Positions 36,674 through 50,420 of a stretch of 64,000 bases of DNA are shown piece by piece (position 1 is the first letter of the stretch; every line of letters begins with the position of its first letter). Under the pieces are notes generated by a model. That model saw only the letters and a list, made by a program, of their open reading frames with translations. It made no database searches and was not told where the DNA came from. The DNA comes from the human T2T-CHM13v2.0 reference genome, Homo sapiens. The stretch lies in NCBI RefSeq assembly GCF_009914755.1, contig NC_060926.1. One strand, 5' to 3'. The position numbers and the translations under genes are program-made.

Positions 36674-38079
36674 CAGCAAAAACTCCAGAAAAACAGCTTG
36701 TTTGGGGATATCATTTTTAAAATGACTTCTAGAGAGAGGATATTGCTATCTGGGAATTAATTTTGTGCTGATAGTTTTAAACACATACACAAATATACAC
36801 ACAGAGCAGGAAAAGTATAGGTTTGATTGTTGCTATTAATATTTAAAATCATCCACAGATTTAATTGACTCACCATCATCTTCTTTTTGAGCCACTGTGC
36901 CACTGATATTCAGATATGTCAGTTATTTCAAGGGTTTTTTTTTCATATGCATTATAGCTTATACATAAAAACAAATGGAAAATAGTTGTCTAGGAAGATT
37001 AATATAATTCAACTGTGATGTATGTGAGAAAAATCTACTGGTCTAACTTTTTCAGCATGGAGGTATAATGACTCTTTTTCCTTTCTTAATAAGAAAGAAG
37101 ACATTTGTGATTTTGGGTGGATGCTGATTGCAAACTCTTCTAGTGAGAAAGCATCATGCCAGCTGGGAAGTACTCCCACTGGACTTTGCTGCTACCTGGA
37201 AAAGAAAGCTTACAATGGATACGTGAAGATCAAAGTGGTTGTGTTATCAAACAATTATGGACTAGTCAGAAAGTGACTTTGGAAAAAAGCTTGAATTTAG
37301 AAATGGGGAGTCATTAGCAAAGGCTGCCTGAATTATCCTGATGTATCACAGGCAGAACAGAGCCACTGCTGCTGACAGCACAAGAGGTTTCTTACAACAA
37401 TCTTTGGACAGAGTACTATGGTCAGAAAAAGATAATAAAGAGGCTAGAACATGCACCATCTGGTCTAACAGAAGGGAAGATGGAAAACATCAACGGGGAG
37501 TTAGAATTGTTATGGAAAGCCAGACGGTGAAGCATTGATTAAGATTATTTCGTTGATTACGTGATATCTCATGATTTATGCCATGGACAAGGAAAAGCAA
37601 ATCACTTTTTTGTGTGTGTGCCTGTGAAACCAGGGTATGCTATAGAGCTAAAATTGTTTGAGACCCTGGGAGCTTCAGAAAAATCTCCCTGTCGTGGCAT
37701 AGGAGGCCAAACTAAGAACCTAGGCTCCCTGAAAACATGAGAACTCTTTTTCTAGTGCGGTAGAAAAGGTGTGGTGATCCAACTGGTTCTAAAGTGTTGG
37801 CAGACGGCTGGGTAGCAGTGGGGTAGGATATTACAGAGGGGCTTCTTCTTTTTTTTTTTTTCCAAAGAACTCATCGTTGCTGACTTTATAAAGGAAAACC
37901 AAGCCAATCAGGCTAAGAGGCTAGATCTAATGAAACCTACCAGATCAGGTGCCATTTGGGGCATTGCTTACTCAGATTAGAAGCCAGTGTATGAGAAAAT
38001 GTATCAGATGCTTGCCCTCAGAAATTTCCAAGGTTTTTTAGGATAAGCCGAGGCATAGTCTCTCAATTTCATTTCTCTC

Positions 38080-38424
<345 letters not shown>

Positions 38425-38484
38425 TAATCCCTCTCTCTCTCAATAGTATTCTCTGTCCTTATCAATAGAAGTATTTTCTTCACA

Positions 38485-38600
38485 ATTGCGAAGGTTCACG
38501 ATGTTCATTTTCAATCCGCAGGATGAAACAAAATACCTTAGCGCTTAGCGATTGTCACACCCCTGTTCTTCCTGTTTACTAAGCACTTGCACGTGACTTC
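38485..38600. promoter_or_regulatory. CpG-retaining motif cluster (DR3, KLF, FOX, E-box), enhancer-like
   Basis: GGTTCA-cga-TGTTCA at 38493-38507, CACACCC, TGTTTAC and CACGTGAC; six CpGs in about 105 bp. Confidence 0.35.
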
Positions 38601-38619
38601 TTCCCAGACATCAGAACCA

Positions 38620-38850
38620 GCCTTTGTTATAGGCTTACCATGGGCCAGGAGCTTTGCAAAACTCTTATATACATTAGTCTTTATTTAGTTTGATCTCGAA
38701 AGAATTCTGTGAGAAGGAACTATGTTTTATGCCCATTTAAAATATACGTATAAGGAAACTGAGGCTTTCCTTAAGACTATCAGCTAATATGTGGTGGAGT
38801 CCAAATTTTAAAAGTCAGTCTGATTTCCAAGCCTTTACTCTTAACCATTG
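38620..38850 (-). mobile_element. MIR SINE
   Basis: GCTTACCATGGGCCAGG...CCCATTT...AAGGAAACTGAGGC...CAGTCTGATTTCCAAGCC...CTCTTAACCA. Confidence 0.7.
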
Positions 38851-41597
38851 CTCTTTGCCGCCTTGAACATTTCTCTCAAATATATTATCTCAGTCTTAAA
38901 GCTGAAGGAGCGAAAGTTCAGAAAGGGTGGTGTTCTTGATTAAGCATTGGAATGGGACTTAACTCAAAAGCTTGGGCTGAAAATCCAGCTTCTTCCCCCT
39001 CTACCATCCTGCTGCTATACATTTTCCCAAAAAATAACAAACATATCCTCTGAGAGGGAATATCAAGCTGTGTCTTCTCTCTCCCTTGGATATCTCATTT
39101 TATGAGAAGGGAGTTGCTTCATGATTCAAACCTGTCCTTTGCCATTTTACAAGAGATTTGTCACATGGAAGTATTTGTAAGTTTTTAACTAATCACTAGA
39201 AGATATTTGAAACACCCATTTTGCTTCTTGATGACAGAAAATACTAACTTCTTATACTAAGTATTACATATTTTAAATTGAAAGCTGGAGTTTGAGTATG
39301 GACAACTGTGTCTTTCTTTTACTGGAAGTTCAATCTGGGCAAGAATCATGAAGGATGCACTTATGATGTCATGGGTTAAGTATCTAGCTCATCAGTGAGA
39401 GGGCACATGTAGGTATATACATTTGCTTCCCCATTTCATCCCAAACAGTTACAAAGGGATAGTATGGGGTATCAAAAATGTTACCTTCTGTAATTCATAA
39501 AGTTGCACTAAATAGAATTATCACCTTGAAATTACAGGGTAAAACTCCCTATACAAAAACAGATTAAAGACAAATTAGACTGTGGGCCAGGTCACTCTGA
39601 TTGTTAATTAGTGATAATGGAAATACAATTAGCATAATGAGTTCCAATTACTGTATATGGAGAAATATGAGCATACTGCTTTCATAAATCTTGGTTCCAG
39701 GAAAAATAAAATGCATCTGGTTTAACAAAGCATGTCCTTCTCTTCTGCAGAAAGCTTCCTGGTAAATAGCTTTTTGTGAAGCTAAATCCTTCTTCTGATG
39801 GGTTGTGATTTAAAAATAAAATAAAAAAAGGCAACAGAATGGATTTGCCCCATCTGATAGCTGAGCAGTTTTGTATTAGCTCAGCTTCTGTTTTAAGCTT
39901 CCTAGAAAATCTAACCATCTGTTTCTCCAATAGCGGGTTAAAAACATTGGGGAGAATCATAGACCATCACATCAAATGTGGTTATTGTCTTTGAAATGTC
40001 GGTGAGCCCTCCTTTATGCCTTTGATAAGCTGTGAAATCAGAAAGCCAATTACAGTCACATATTTACACAAATCTGAACAGCTTTTTGAAAACTCTGTGT
40101 AAGAATGAGTGGATGAGAAACAACAGCTTTACGCTGAGCTTTGGTAGCATGCCTGTGGGTGTGTTAATGAAGTTATTTTTAAGAGTTGCACTACAAGGTC
40201 TGTATATTTACTTTCACCTTGGTCTTACACTGTCTCAACTTTTCACTGCAGGCATTGATTAGTCTTAACTTTTGCAGAAGGTCCATCAGCTGATAGCACA
40301 ATATGCCAGTTCTGTTGTCTTCTCTCTTCTATTCTCTCCTGCTACCTCTCATGCGATGAATGCTCAACTGTTGACAGATTACATTCCAAGACTGGTTAAA
40401 ACCCAGGCCATTTGGACAATGAATAGTAATGAATGTGGACTGCTCAGCCCACACAGGTGACATTACACCTTACACTGGGGGAATGTGCCATCTTCCTTGT
40501 TGTACCCTGTAAATCTGATAGATGCTATTAACCTTTTCAGTGAATCCCCATGGATCACTGCAATGGCAAATCTCAGTAGTAATTGCTAAGACAAAAATGC
40601 CCCAGCGTGCCTATATTCTCTGTAAGGATCTATGAAACAGGCAAGTTGGCTACTCAAGTGCCTTTTCCCCAACTGCTGTCTTGATTTACTTTCAGCTGTC
40701 AGTCTGCACCCAGACAATGGTGCTTCCGAATCTTTCAAACAAGCACAAGTAGCAGATCTTGCAAAGTACTTAGAGCAATTCAAGTCTCTTCTTTTTTACA
40801 TGAACAGGATTTTGCTACAGAGGAGAACAGTGTATATCTTGACCGGGGGATCTACTATAATTAGCTGAGTTCATTAAGGAGAAACCTCCCTGTCCTAACC
40901 TTATGATTCACAGCACAGTTCCCATCTGGGCTTTGATTGTGGTTGTCATATTTTCAACCTAGTCAAGTCTCCTCAGTCTTTCTGGATGCATTTGTAAACT
41001 GGATTATTCAATAAAAGAAATGCTTGTCAGACATCATTGTCCGTCAGCGGTTTGAGTTGCTTCCTCTAAAAATGGCTTTCACACTACTACTATCTCTCCT
41101 TGAAACAGACACACATGCGTGCATGTGCACGTAAACACATAGGAATGGAATCCATATGATCATTGACTCTCTGTCAGCCCATATTTATTATGGAGGCATG
41201 GTAGAGCTTAAAAAGACAAGCTTCTCTCCCTAATATTTTTAATATTAAAGTATATATTAGATCTGTACTACTTTATAGATTTCAACAAGGAAAGGTGATG
41301 CATTTAGAGGCACATTGGGTATCCTGGAAAGAAGACAGATGTCCTGGGTCCTGGAAAGTGTTGCATTGACAGGCATAAAAATGTGTACTTGATAAATTCT
41401 GATTATAATTGATACTTGATAAATAACTCTGGCAGGGTCTCAGGCAATCATTGAAACTCTCTGGGCCTCTTCCTACTTATAGTATGAGGAATTTTGCCTA
41501 GATGTTCTCTGAGTTTTCTTTCAACTCTAACATTTTATGATTCTAAAGGACAAACCCACAAACCAGGAGATATAACATAAAGAAAGCAATACCCACC

Positions 41598-42017
41598 TGT
41601 ATCATTTAGAATTAGATTTAGATTTAGCTATGCCTAACAGAAGAGCCCCATATAGAGTAGAGACTCATATCTCTAGCAAGGTTTGGTAGTCCTCAAAAGG
41701 CCTCCAGCCTCAAAGACTCATTGTTCAAGATGGCAAGTAGGTGCTCCAGTCATCACATGTATATTCCACACAAAAGGAGACATACAGGTTGAGGATAAAA
41801 CAGTGAACCACCTCCATACTCAGTGTTTTAAGGAACTTTCCAGGAATCCCGACCCAATGACTTCTGTTTATATCTTATTGGCATATGTAGTTGTGAAGAA
41901 GGCCAGAAAATGGAGTATTTTAACTGGTACATTGCCTCCCAGAATAAACCCAGGTCCTATTAGTAAGGAAGAAAAGAGGAATAGATTCTAGGCAGGCAAC
42001 TGGTAGTATCTGCCATG
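41598..42017 (-). mobile_element. MLT1K/L-like MaLR LTR
   Basis: CAAGATGGC...GCTCCAGTCATCACATG; GACTTCTGTTTATATCTTATTGG; TAGTAAGGAAGAA...GGCAGGCAACTGGTAGTATCTGCCA. Confidence 0.7.
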
Positions 42018-43064
42018 TAATCCATTTCTCCTTCATTTAAAATATTTTTGTACTATGGTCCCTGGTCCTAGAAAAGAGTCTCTCCAAAATAAAGAAATAA
42101 TTTATTTTCATTTTGTGACCATGGCTGTGATGATGGATGATCAAGTCCCATCCAACCTGAAACTTATTCCTTGAAAACCAAGTAGGAGGAATTCTGTTAT
42201 ATAGTCTATCACAATGCAAATTTAGAAGTTCATTCACATTTTTTAAAATAATCCCCTTTTGTAGATGACATTAAAAGTGAAAATAAACATTTTTGGTGTG
42301 TGGTTTTTTTTTTACACAAAGTTAACAAGGAAGTCATATTTAATTGAAAATCAGTAAGTTCAAAAGTTGAGTCTTTCTTTTAAAATTAACTGTATTTATG
42401 AAAAACCAATAGATTTTTTTCACAACTAATGTCTTTAGATTAAAAAAGAAAGCAAAGTGTTTATTTTGCTATTGTCAATATCTACTTGAATAAAAAAGTT
42501 TAATGAGCTTTCACTTTTAACACAAAAAGATTCTTCTTGTTTTTGTATGAAATAAGAAAAATTGAAAGTGGACTTCTATTACACAGCAGTCAATCTTCTA
42601 CCAGAAGACTAATTTTTGTTCCCCCAAATCTGACGATGTCATATTTATTTCAGAAATATTAAAGTGTGAGCAGGCCACACAGGCAACAGCTTACCAGTCT
42701 CTGAATTTCAAATTAATTTTACCTCTTGGTGGTTGATTTTTAAGGATTCCCACTGATTTTTACCCCATTTGTCATTCCCAGGTATATAGCAAAACAGAGA
42801 AGAATAAATGTGAATGGCACACCCAGTGGAATTATTTTATAGAGGTCGAACCTTGTGGGGACTTAAGTCTCTTGAGGTTGTATTGGTAAAATGGGATGGC
42901 ATGGAAGATTCTAAGGTGATCTTTTGTACTGGCCTATAGTGCCTCCTAAATCAGTTTTCTGAAAACAAAAAAAGCTTTCAGAAAACAAAATCACAATCAG
43001 CTTTTTGCCATGCAATGAAAAACTACATTTAGCATCCTTGAATATTTTGGATGAGTCAATACAG

Positions 43065-43480
43065 AATATCAGTTAAGGATTTAGGTTGCAAACAAAATAA
43101 TCCAAGCCTGGCTAACCTAACCAAAAGTGAATTTATTGGAAGGATAACAGGTGACTCGCAGAATTCAGTGCAGGAATAGAGAACCAGGCTCCTAACACAG
43201 ACAAATCTAAGAGTGAAGAGATGGTGGCAGCAAGAACCATGCACCTGTCTCATCTGCTACCATCATTGAATGAATGAACTTCAGCTGTTTTTCAATGTTT
43301 GCTTTCTTCCATTTAGAGATAATGTCTAAGGACAGAGAATCTGCTTGGCCTCGCTAAGGGACATGTCCACTTCTTGGCTGAATGAGGACTTGACGGTGCA
43401 CTTTGATTAACAGCAATCTTTGTACTACACAAATGGAGTTGAGGCAACTCCCTCGAAGGGTACTGCTTTTGTCTGAAATG
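43065..43480 (-). mobile_element. Old MLT1 (M/N-like) LTR remnant
   Basis: CAGTTAAGGATTTAGGTTGCAAACAAAA...CTGGCTAACCTAACCAAAAG...ATTTATTGGAAGGATA. Confidence 0.5.
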
Positions 43481-43527
43481 GGATGAATGGGTGTTGTAGT
43501 TTTCTCTAAAAACCAAAGCTATCATAA

Positions 43528-43688
43528 CCATGCTTCTTAGACTTTAATGTGCATATGAATTTTCTGGGTTTCTTATTAAATTTCACACTCTGACTCAATA
43601 GGTTGGGTCTGAAGCCAGATTCTACATTCCTGGAAAACACCCAGGTGATGTTGCTGACAGGCTTGTGGCTCACCGTTTGAGTAGTAAG
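43528..43688. mobile_element. MER5A/B-like MITE
   Basis: CTTCTTAGACTTTAATGTGCATATGAAT...TCTGACTCAATAGG...CCCAGGTGATG...CACCGTTTGAGTAG. Confidence 0.75.
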
Positions 43689-43754
43689 CCTTTATAATCG
43701 TGAGCACTGGGAAGATAATTAGTTTTACATTTCTTAATCCATATATATTTATCT

Positions 43755-44495
43755 TTGTTTTAATTGGGGTATAATTACATAAATTAATGAATAGATAAAA
43801 TGAGTTGAACTTAAGTCCAAAATTTAACTCGTCTATATGCACCCATGTAAGGAACGCCAAGCATCCCTCCCAGGAGATTTTCCTCCTGTCTCTTTTTTGT
43901 GTCCCCCTCTACCCTCAGAGAGAACCACTATTCTGATTTCTATTACCATCGACTAGTTTTGCCTGTTCTTGAACTTTATTTAAATAGAATCACATAAGGA
44001 TGTACTCTTTTGTGTCTAGCTGATCTTGTTCAACATAATGTTTGTGAGATCTATCAACGTACTTGCATCTATGATTCATTCCTTGGTATTGTCGATTAAT
44101 AGTTCATTCTGTGAATATGCTGCCAGGTTTACTACTTCTTTTGATGGGCATTTGGCTCCCATCCAAATTTTTGCCATTATGAATAAAACTGCTGTGAACA
44201 TTCTTGGACAAGTCTTTTTTGTGAACATATACTTTTCATTTCTTCAAGGTAAGTACCCAGAAATGAAATGCTTGGGTCATAAAATATGTGTGCATTTGGC
44301 TTTGTAAGAGACTAGAAAGTAGTTCTCCACAGTGGTTGTACCACTTTACACTCCTACCAGCAGTGTCACAGTGTGTGAGAGAATTCTAGTTGTTTTGCAT
44401 TTGGTGTTGATGGTCTTTTTAATTTTAGCCATTCCAGTGTAGTGATAACTCATTGTGGTTTTAATTTGCACATCCTTGATGACAATCCATGTTGA
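43755..44495 (-). mobile_element. Old L1 (L1MB8/L1ME-like) 3' fragment
   Basis: AACCACTATTCTGATTTCTA...TAGTTTTGCCTGTTCTTGAACTT; ATTATGAATAAAACTGCTGTGAACATTC; CTCATTGTGGTTTTAATTTGCA. Confidence 0.8.
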
Positions 44496-46059
44496 GTCTC
44501 TCAGCACAAACATGTTTTCTTTTAATCTTTTACTGAATCTCATTTCCACCTTTAAAATACAATCTGCCTTTGAATCTAAGAAACATTTCGTTTACAACCT
44601 CACCACATGATGGAATTTCAGCTTGATTCTTACTTGCTCTTTTAGATTATGCTTACCTCCCACAATTATTCCTGAGAATTTTGGTTCTGAGTATCTGAGC
44701 ATGGGCTGGCAGACATAGTAACAATATTTTCTCATGAAATAATGCTCAGTTCTTTCTCTGATGGTATTTAAATTTGCCATCCCAGGCTCTTGTACTCAAA
44801 TATATTGATAGTGTCCCATGTGTGTTCCCTGACACTTGGGTGTAATTGTGGTGAACTTTGAATTCCCATCTTAAGGTCAGTTATTAACTATTGATGGATT
44901 CTCCTTTTCTCCACTTAATGCTAAAGTATTCATACTAACCAAGACAGATGGGAATGGCTAAGGAGTTTTTCAATGCCATTGCTGTGTAAGCTGTCTTTTG
45001 CTTCCCTCATGTGAGAAACTCAAAGCTCTTTTGTAGAGAAGATCATTTATTCAAGGTAAAGGGGAAAAAAAAGGAAAAGAAAGAAAGCTCCCGCATATAT
45101 TCTGAAAACCCCCCAGTTTTCAAAGCCCCATATACTTTTGCTGGAACAGAGTTTTCTGGTCATTAAGGAGGAGAAAATGGCATCTTTGACAACAATCTTG
45201 GCTGACCCACTTTGGAGCCAAATGGGATCCAGGTGTAAGAAGGATGGCCAGGACTTCAACATCCCGGACAAGACACCCTGACAAACAACGGCACCGTTTT
45301 TGGATTTCCCAGGAGGCAGAAGAGTGCCCTGTGAGATTTATAAACACATCCACAATAAATGGGAGGCTGAAGTTTAAACTGTTATGGAGCCTCCTGTGCT
45401 GTGCTGCCAAGGTCTCCTGTGATTTAGAGAGGTGACATTTACTGTGTGCAGACCTATTATTCAGAGTGACTGTGTATAGACAATATTTTAAAATGGCTTG
45501 CTGTAGATGAAAAATTCTTATTAAGTCAGAAAAACAGTTTAAGTAGGTAACACTCTCTCAGTTTAGTCTGCTATAAGTCTTACTGTCTTGCCACATGGAA
45601 AGTGCTTGGGGTGGGAGGTAGTGACACCTCACAGGTGCTGGCTAAAATACTATTTCCGGAGCAAACAGAATCAAGGCATCAGCTGGGACCAAGGCACTAA
45701 TTGCACATCTGAAGTTAAACTCGGAGGCATTTTTTTCAGGTTTCTTCCCTTCAATGCAGTTTTCCTTTAGTACTGATGCAATGCCATGGTTCAACAAATA
45801 GTGCATGGTAGAAAGAACACTGAGAGTCTAGAAACTAGGGAAGTAGGTTCTGCCACACTCTAGTAGTGTGTTCTCATAGATGTTCATTAACTACCATGAT
45901 CCTTGGTTTCTCTAATCTGCAAAATTTAAGGATTGGGTAAGGTAATTTCTAAAATCTCTACAAGACATGTCTCTTTTTTGTTGCCTACTTTTAGAGAGGA
46001 GTGCCTGCCAGCCTCTGGTGGCTGTATAGTACTTTATGGGCCAGCAAGAGCATTTCTAC

Positions 46060-46195
46060 ATCATCACTTTTTCTCATTTAAACTCCATGTAGTCCTGAGA
46101 AGGAGGCAGAGAAATTATTGTTGTGCCATTTCTTCAAGTGAGAAAACTGAGGCTCAGAGAGGTTAGGTGACATGGCCAAGATCACATGGCTGGAA
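46060..46195 (-). mobile_element. MIR SINE
   Basis: GTGAGAAAACTGAGGCTCAGAGAGGTTAGGTGACATGGCCAAGATCACATGGCT. Confidence 0.8.
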
Positions 46196-46429
46196 AACCC
46201 CCCCAACCCCACAGTTCGCCTCTTAGTCCAAGACTCTGTGTCATCACGTTTCTTATACTTCTGCCTGCCATAAGATCTCTGGAAATGGTTGCATGTGGTT
46301 CACCAGGAGAAAATAATTGCTGCAATAGAGATATGAATGGAGAGGGGTAAGAGGACAGACATAGACCCTCTTTTCAGAAATCTTCCAGGACAGACTGAAA
46401 TGTTTCTGCCTAATCAAACTCTACCTATT

Positions 46430-48168
46430 GTTCCTTTCATTTTAGATTCAGAAGGTACATATGTAGGTTTGTTACATGAGTATATTGTCCAATGCTGGGG
46501 TTTGGGCTTCTATTTACCCATCACCCATATAGTGAGCATAGTAACCAATAGGTAGTTTTTCAATCCTTGCCTCCCTCACTCCCTCCCCTATTTTTGAGTC
46601 CCCAGTGTCAATTGTCTCCATCTTTATGCTCATGATACCCATTGCTTAGGTCCCACTTATAAGTGAGAACATGCAGTATTTTTTTTTCTGTCCCTGTGTT
46701 AATCCGCTTACGATAATGGCCTCCAGCAGCATCTATGTTGATGCAAAGGACATGATTTAATCATTTTTTTTGGTGGCTACCTAGTATTCCATGCTGCATA
46801 TGTATCATATTTTCTTTATCCAATCCACTGTTGATGGATACTTAGGATGATTCTGTGATTTGCTGTTGTGAATAATGCTGCAATAAAGATATGAGTACAG
46901 GTGTCTTTTTGATAAAATGATTTATTTTCCTTTGGTTATGTACCCAGTAATGGGATTGCTACATTGAATGGTAGTTCCATTTTTCATTCTTTGAGAAATC
47001 TGTATACTGTTTTCCATAAGAGTTGAATTAATTTTTTTTCCCACAAACAATGTATCAGTGTTCCCTTGTCTCTGCATCCTCACCAACATCTGTTATTTTT
47101 GCACTTTTTAATAATAGCCTTTCTGACTGGTGTGAGATGGTACCTCATGGTGGTTTTAATTTGCATTTCTTTGATGATTAGTGATGTTGAGCATTTTTTC
47201 ACGATTGTTGGCTGCTTGTATGTCTTCTTTTGAGAAGTATCTGTTTATGTCCTTCCCTACTTTTTAAAGGGGTTGTTTGTTTCTTTTTCTTGTTGGTTTG
47301 TTTAAATTCCTTATAGATTCTGGATATCAGTCCTTTGTCAAATGCATAACTTGCAAATATTTTCTTCCATTCTGTAGGTTGTCTGTTTATTGACTTTCTT
47401 TTGCTGTGCAGAAGCTCTTTAGTTTAATTATTTGTCAAGTTTTGTTTTTATTGCATTTGCTTTGAGGTCTTAGTCATAAATTCTTTGTCTAGGCAAATGT
47501 CCAGAATAATTTTTCCCAGGTTTTCTTCTAGGATTTCTATAGTTTGAAGTCTTATATTTATATTTAAGTCTTTAATCTGTTTTGAGTTAATTTTTGTATA
47601 CGGTGAGAGGTGGGAGTCTAGTTTCATTCTTCTGTGTATATATGGCTAGCCAGCTATCCTAGGGCTATTTATTATACAGGGTGTCCTTTCCCCACTGTTT
47701 ATTTTAGTCAACTTTATCAAAGATCAGTTGGTTGTAAGTATGTGTCTTTATTTCTGTGTTCTCTATTCTGTATGGTCTTTATGTCTATTTTTATACTAGT
47801 ACCATGCTGTTTTGGTTCCTACAGCCTTGTAGTAGTATAGTTTGAAGTCAGATAATGTGATAGATCTAGCTTTGTTCTTTTTGGTTAGGATTGATTTGGC
47901 TATTCAGGCTCTTTTGGTTTCATATGAATTTCAGAATTTTTTTCTAATTCTGTGAAAAATGACTTTGATGATTTGACAGAAATTGCATTGAATCTGTAGA
48001 TTGCTTTGAGCAGTATAATCATTTTAATGACACTGATTCTTCCAATCCATGAGCATGGAATATTTTTCCATTTGTTTGTGTCACCTATGATTTATTTCAT
48101 CTGTGTTTTGTAGTTCTCCATATAGAAATCTTTCACCCCCTTGGTTAAATGTATACCTAGGTGTTTGT

Positions 48169-48212
<44 letters not shown>

Positions 48213-49140
48213 TACTGTAAATAGAATCAAGTTATTTATTTGGTTTTTGACTTGAATGTTACTGGTGTATAAAAATACTACTAATTTTTGTATATTGGTT
48301 TTGTATCCTGAAAGTTTACTGAAGTCATTTATCAGGTCTAGGAGTCTTTTGGAAGAATCTTTAGGGTTTTCTAGATATAGAATTATGTTTTTGGTAGACA
48401 GAGGTAATTTGACTTCCTCCCTTCCCATTTGGATGCCTTTTATTTCTTTCTCTGGCCTAATTGCTCTGGCTAGGACTTTCAGTACTATGTTGAATGGGAG
48501 TGGAAAGAGTGGACGTCTTTGTCTTGTTCCAGTTCTTAAGGGAAATATTTTCAACTTTTTCTCATTCAGTATGATGTTGGCTGAGGGTTTGTCATAGATG
48601 GCTCTTACTATTTAGAGGTATGTTCCTTTGATGCCTAGTTTGTTGAGGGGTTTTTATCATGAAGGGATGTTGGATTTTATCAAATGCTTTTTCTGTGCTT
48701 AGTGAGATGATCATATGGGTTTTGTTTTTAATTGTTTATGTGGTAATTCACATTTATTGATTTGCATATGTTGAACCACCCTTGCATCCCAGAAAAAAGT
48801 CCCCTTGATTGTGATAAAATCCTGAACAGACCAATAATGAGTTAGGAAAGTAAATTAGTAATAAAAATCTACCAACCAAAAAAGGCCCTGGACCAAACAG
48901 ATTCACAGTTGAATTCTACCAAAAGTATAGAGAATAGCTGGTACCAATCTTACTGAAACTATTCCAAAAAATAAAGGGTAGGAATTCCTCCCTAACTTAT
49001 TCAACAAAACCAGTGTCATCCTGATACCAAAATCTGGCAAGGCACGACAACAACAAAAAAACTACAGGCTGATATCCCTGATGAACCCAGTCATAAAAAT
49101 CCTCAACGAAATGCTAGCAAACCAAGTCCAGCAGCACATC
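46430..49140 (-). mobile_element. L1PA15/16-like element with 5' inversion (twin priming)
   Basis: Antisense 3' UTR plus ORF2 at 46430 to about 48815, then a sense ORF2 segment at about 48816-49140; TSD TCTACCTATT at 46420-46429 and 49139-49148; ORF 48081-48554 is a decayed RT fragment. Confidence 0.92.
48171..48210. repeat. (TG)20 microsatellite inside L1
   Basis: Perfect dinucleotide run. Confidence 0.98.
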
Positions 49141-49624
49141 TACCTATTTTGAAGTCCAAACTTGATTTTTTCCTCCCCTAAGGAGCCTGTCCTAACCCTA
49201 TCGTCATTCCAGCCTGTAGGATTTCTCTTTTCTGAATTGCTGATTGAACTCCACTTCAGGATGGGTGCAAGAGACATGCTCTTCCCTCCTCTCTTTCACT
49301 TTAGTAAGTGCACATTATATTTCTTCTGATTTGTTAGTAAGCTCCATGTGAGCAGACTTCTGAATTTTATTAGTAGTTACACGTATTCATTCACAGTAAG
49401 GAATCAGTTAGTAATGTGATTCACTAATCAACTAAGGCACCTATATCACCTTGGGTAAGGGTAGTATCAAGACAGAATGTTACGCTCCTCTTTTTACATT
49501 AATGTAATTAGAAGCTGTGATATTACAGCCTTTTTCACCTAACAAACGTGTGGCCTTGTTTTCTCCTTTTCTGCCATCACCTCCATTATTTTTAAATCAT
49601 AATACTTATTAATATAAGAACTTA

Positions 49625-49780
49625 AACTTTTTTATTTGTTCCTCTTTCTCCCAACTAGAATGTAAGCTCCATGAAGACGTAGTTTTTTATGAATTGTTCA
49701 TTGTTGATTCTTCATACCAACAACAATGCACATTGTAGGTGCTCAATAAATACCCATTAAGTGAATGAATAAATGAATGC
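49625..49780 (+). mobile_element. L2 3' end
   Basis: CCCAACTAGAATGTAAGCTCCATGAAG...GTAGGTGCTCAATAAATA...GTGAATGAATAAATGAATG. Confidence 0.8.
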
Positions 49781-50184
49781 ATTTCAGGGTTTGTGACCAC
49801 AGCCTGTGACCTCCAGTTTGTGCCTCTATCCTTATTCCATAAATTTTGCATATCAATCAAGCACTTCATATTCTAAAAATTTGAACACTAATAAGCTATA
49901 ACACTCGCCTTTTACAGTTTGTCTTTTTAAATTACTAAAGAAAGAGTAATCTTTGGGTACCATTAGGCATATCCATGATCATTATTTTGGTAAGAAATAT
50001 AAATGATGTATTTTGTTTCAGATAAATCCTTTGTTTCTCCCATTACAATCCACTCTGGAAGTAGGTACTAAAGAGTTATTTCCTTCAAAATGATAGAACT
50101 TTCTCTGTTACTGATAAAATTAACTGTTATGTCAAAATTAATATCTAAACCAAACGTTAGCATAGCAGATTAATAATGAAAGCC

Positions 50185-50420
50185 TACCATAGAGCGTGAG
50201 CAATAGAGTCAAACTGCCAAGCTTGAATCTTTGTGTCTGCTGAATAGCTCTGCAACTTTGGACAAGAGATTCTATCTCTCCAAACCTCAGTTTCTTCCTT
50301 CATATGCAAAATGGATATAATAGTATCTATATCATGTGATTGTTGTGAAGATTAACTGAGGTAATCCTCTTATTTATTGACACACACAAAGATCTCAGTA
50401 AATGTTAGACATTACTATTA
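50185..50420 (+). mobile_element. MIR SINE
   Basis: GAGTCAAACTGCC...CCTCAGTTTCTTCCTTCATATGCAAAATGGA...GTTGTGAAGATTAACTGAG...CTCAGTAAATGTTAG. Confidence 0.75.

Noticed and set aside
48081-48554. Longest ORF (157 aa) with reverse-transcriptase-like sequence
   Set aside because: Decayed L1 ORF2 fragment with a disrupted catalytic motif and a (CA)n-derived TH run; not a gene.
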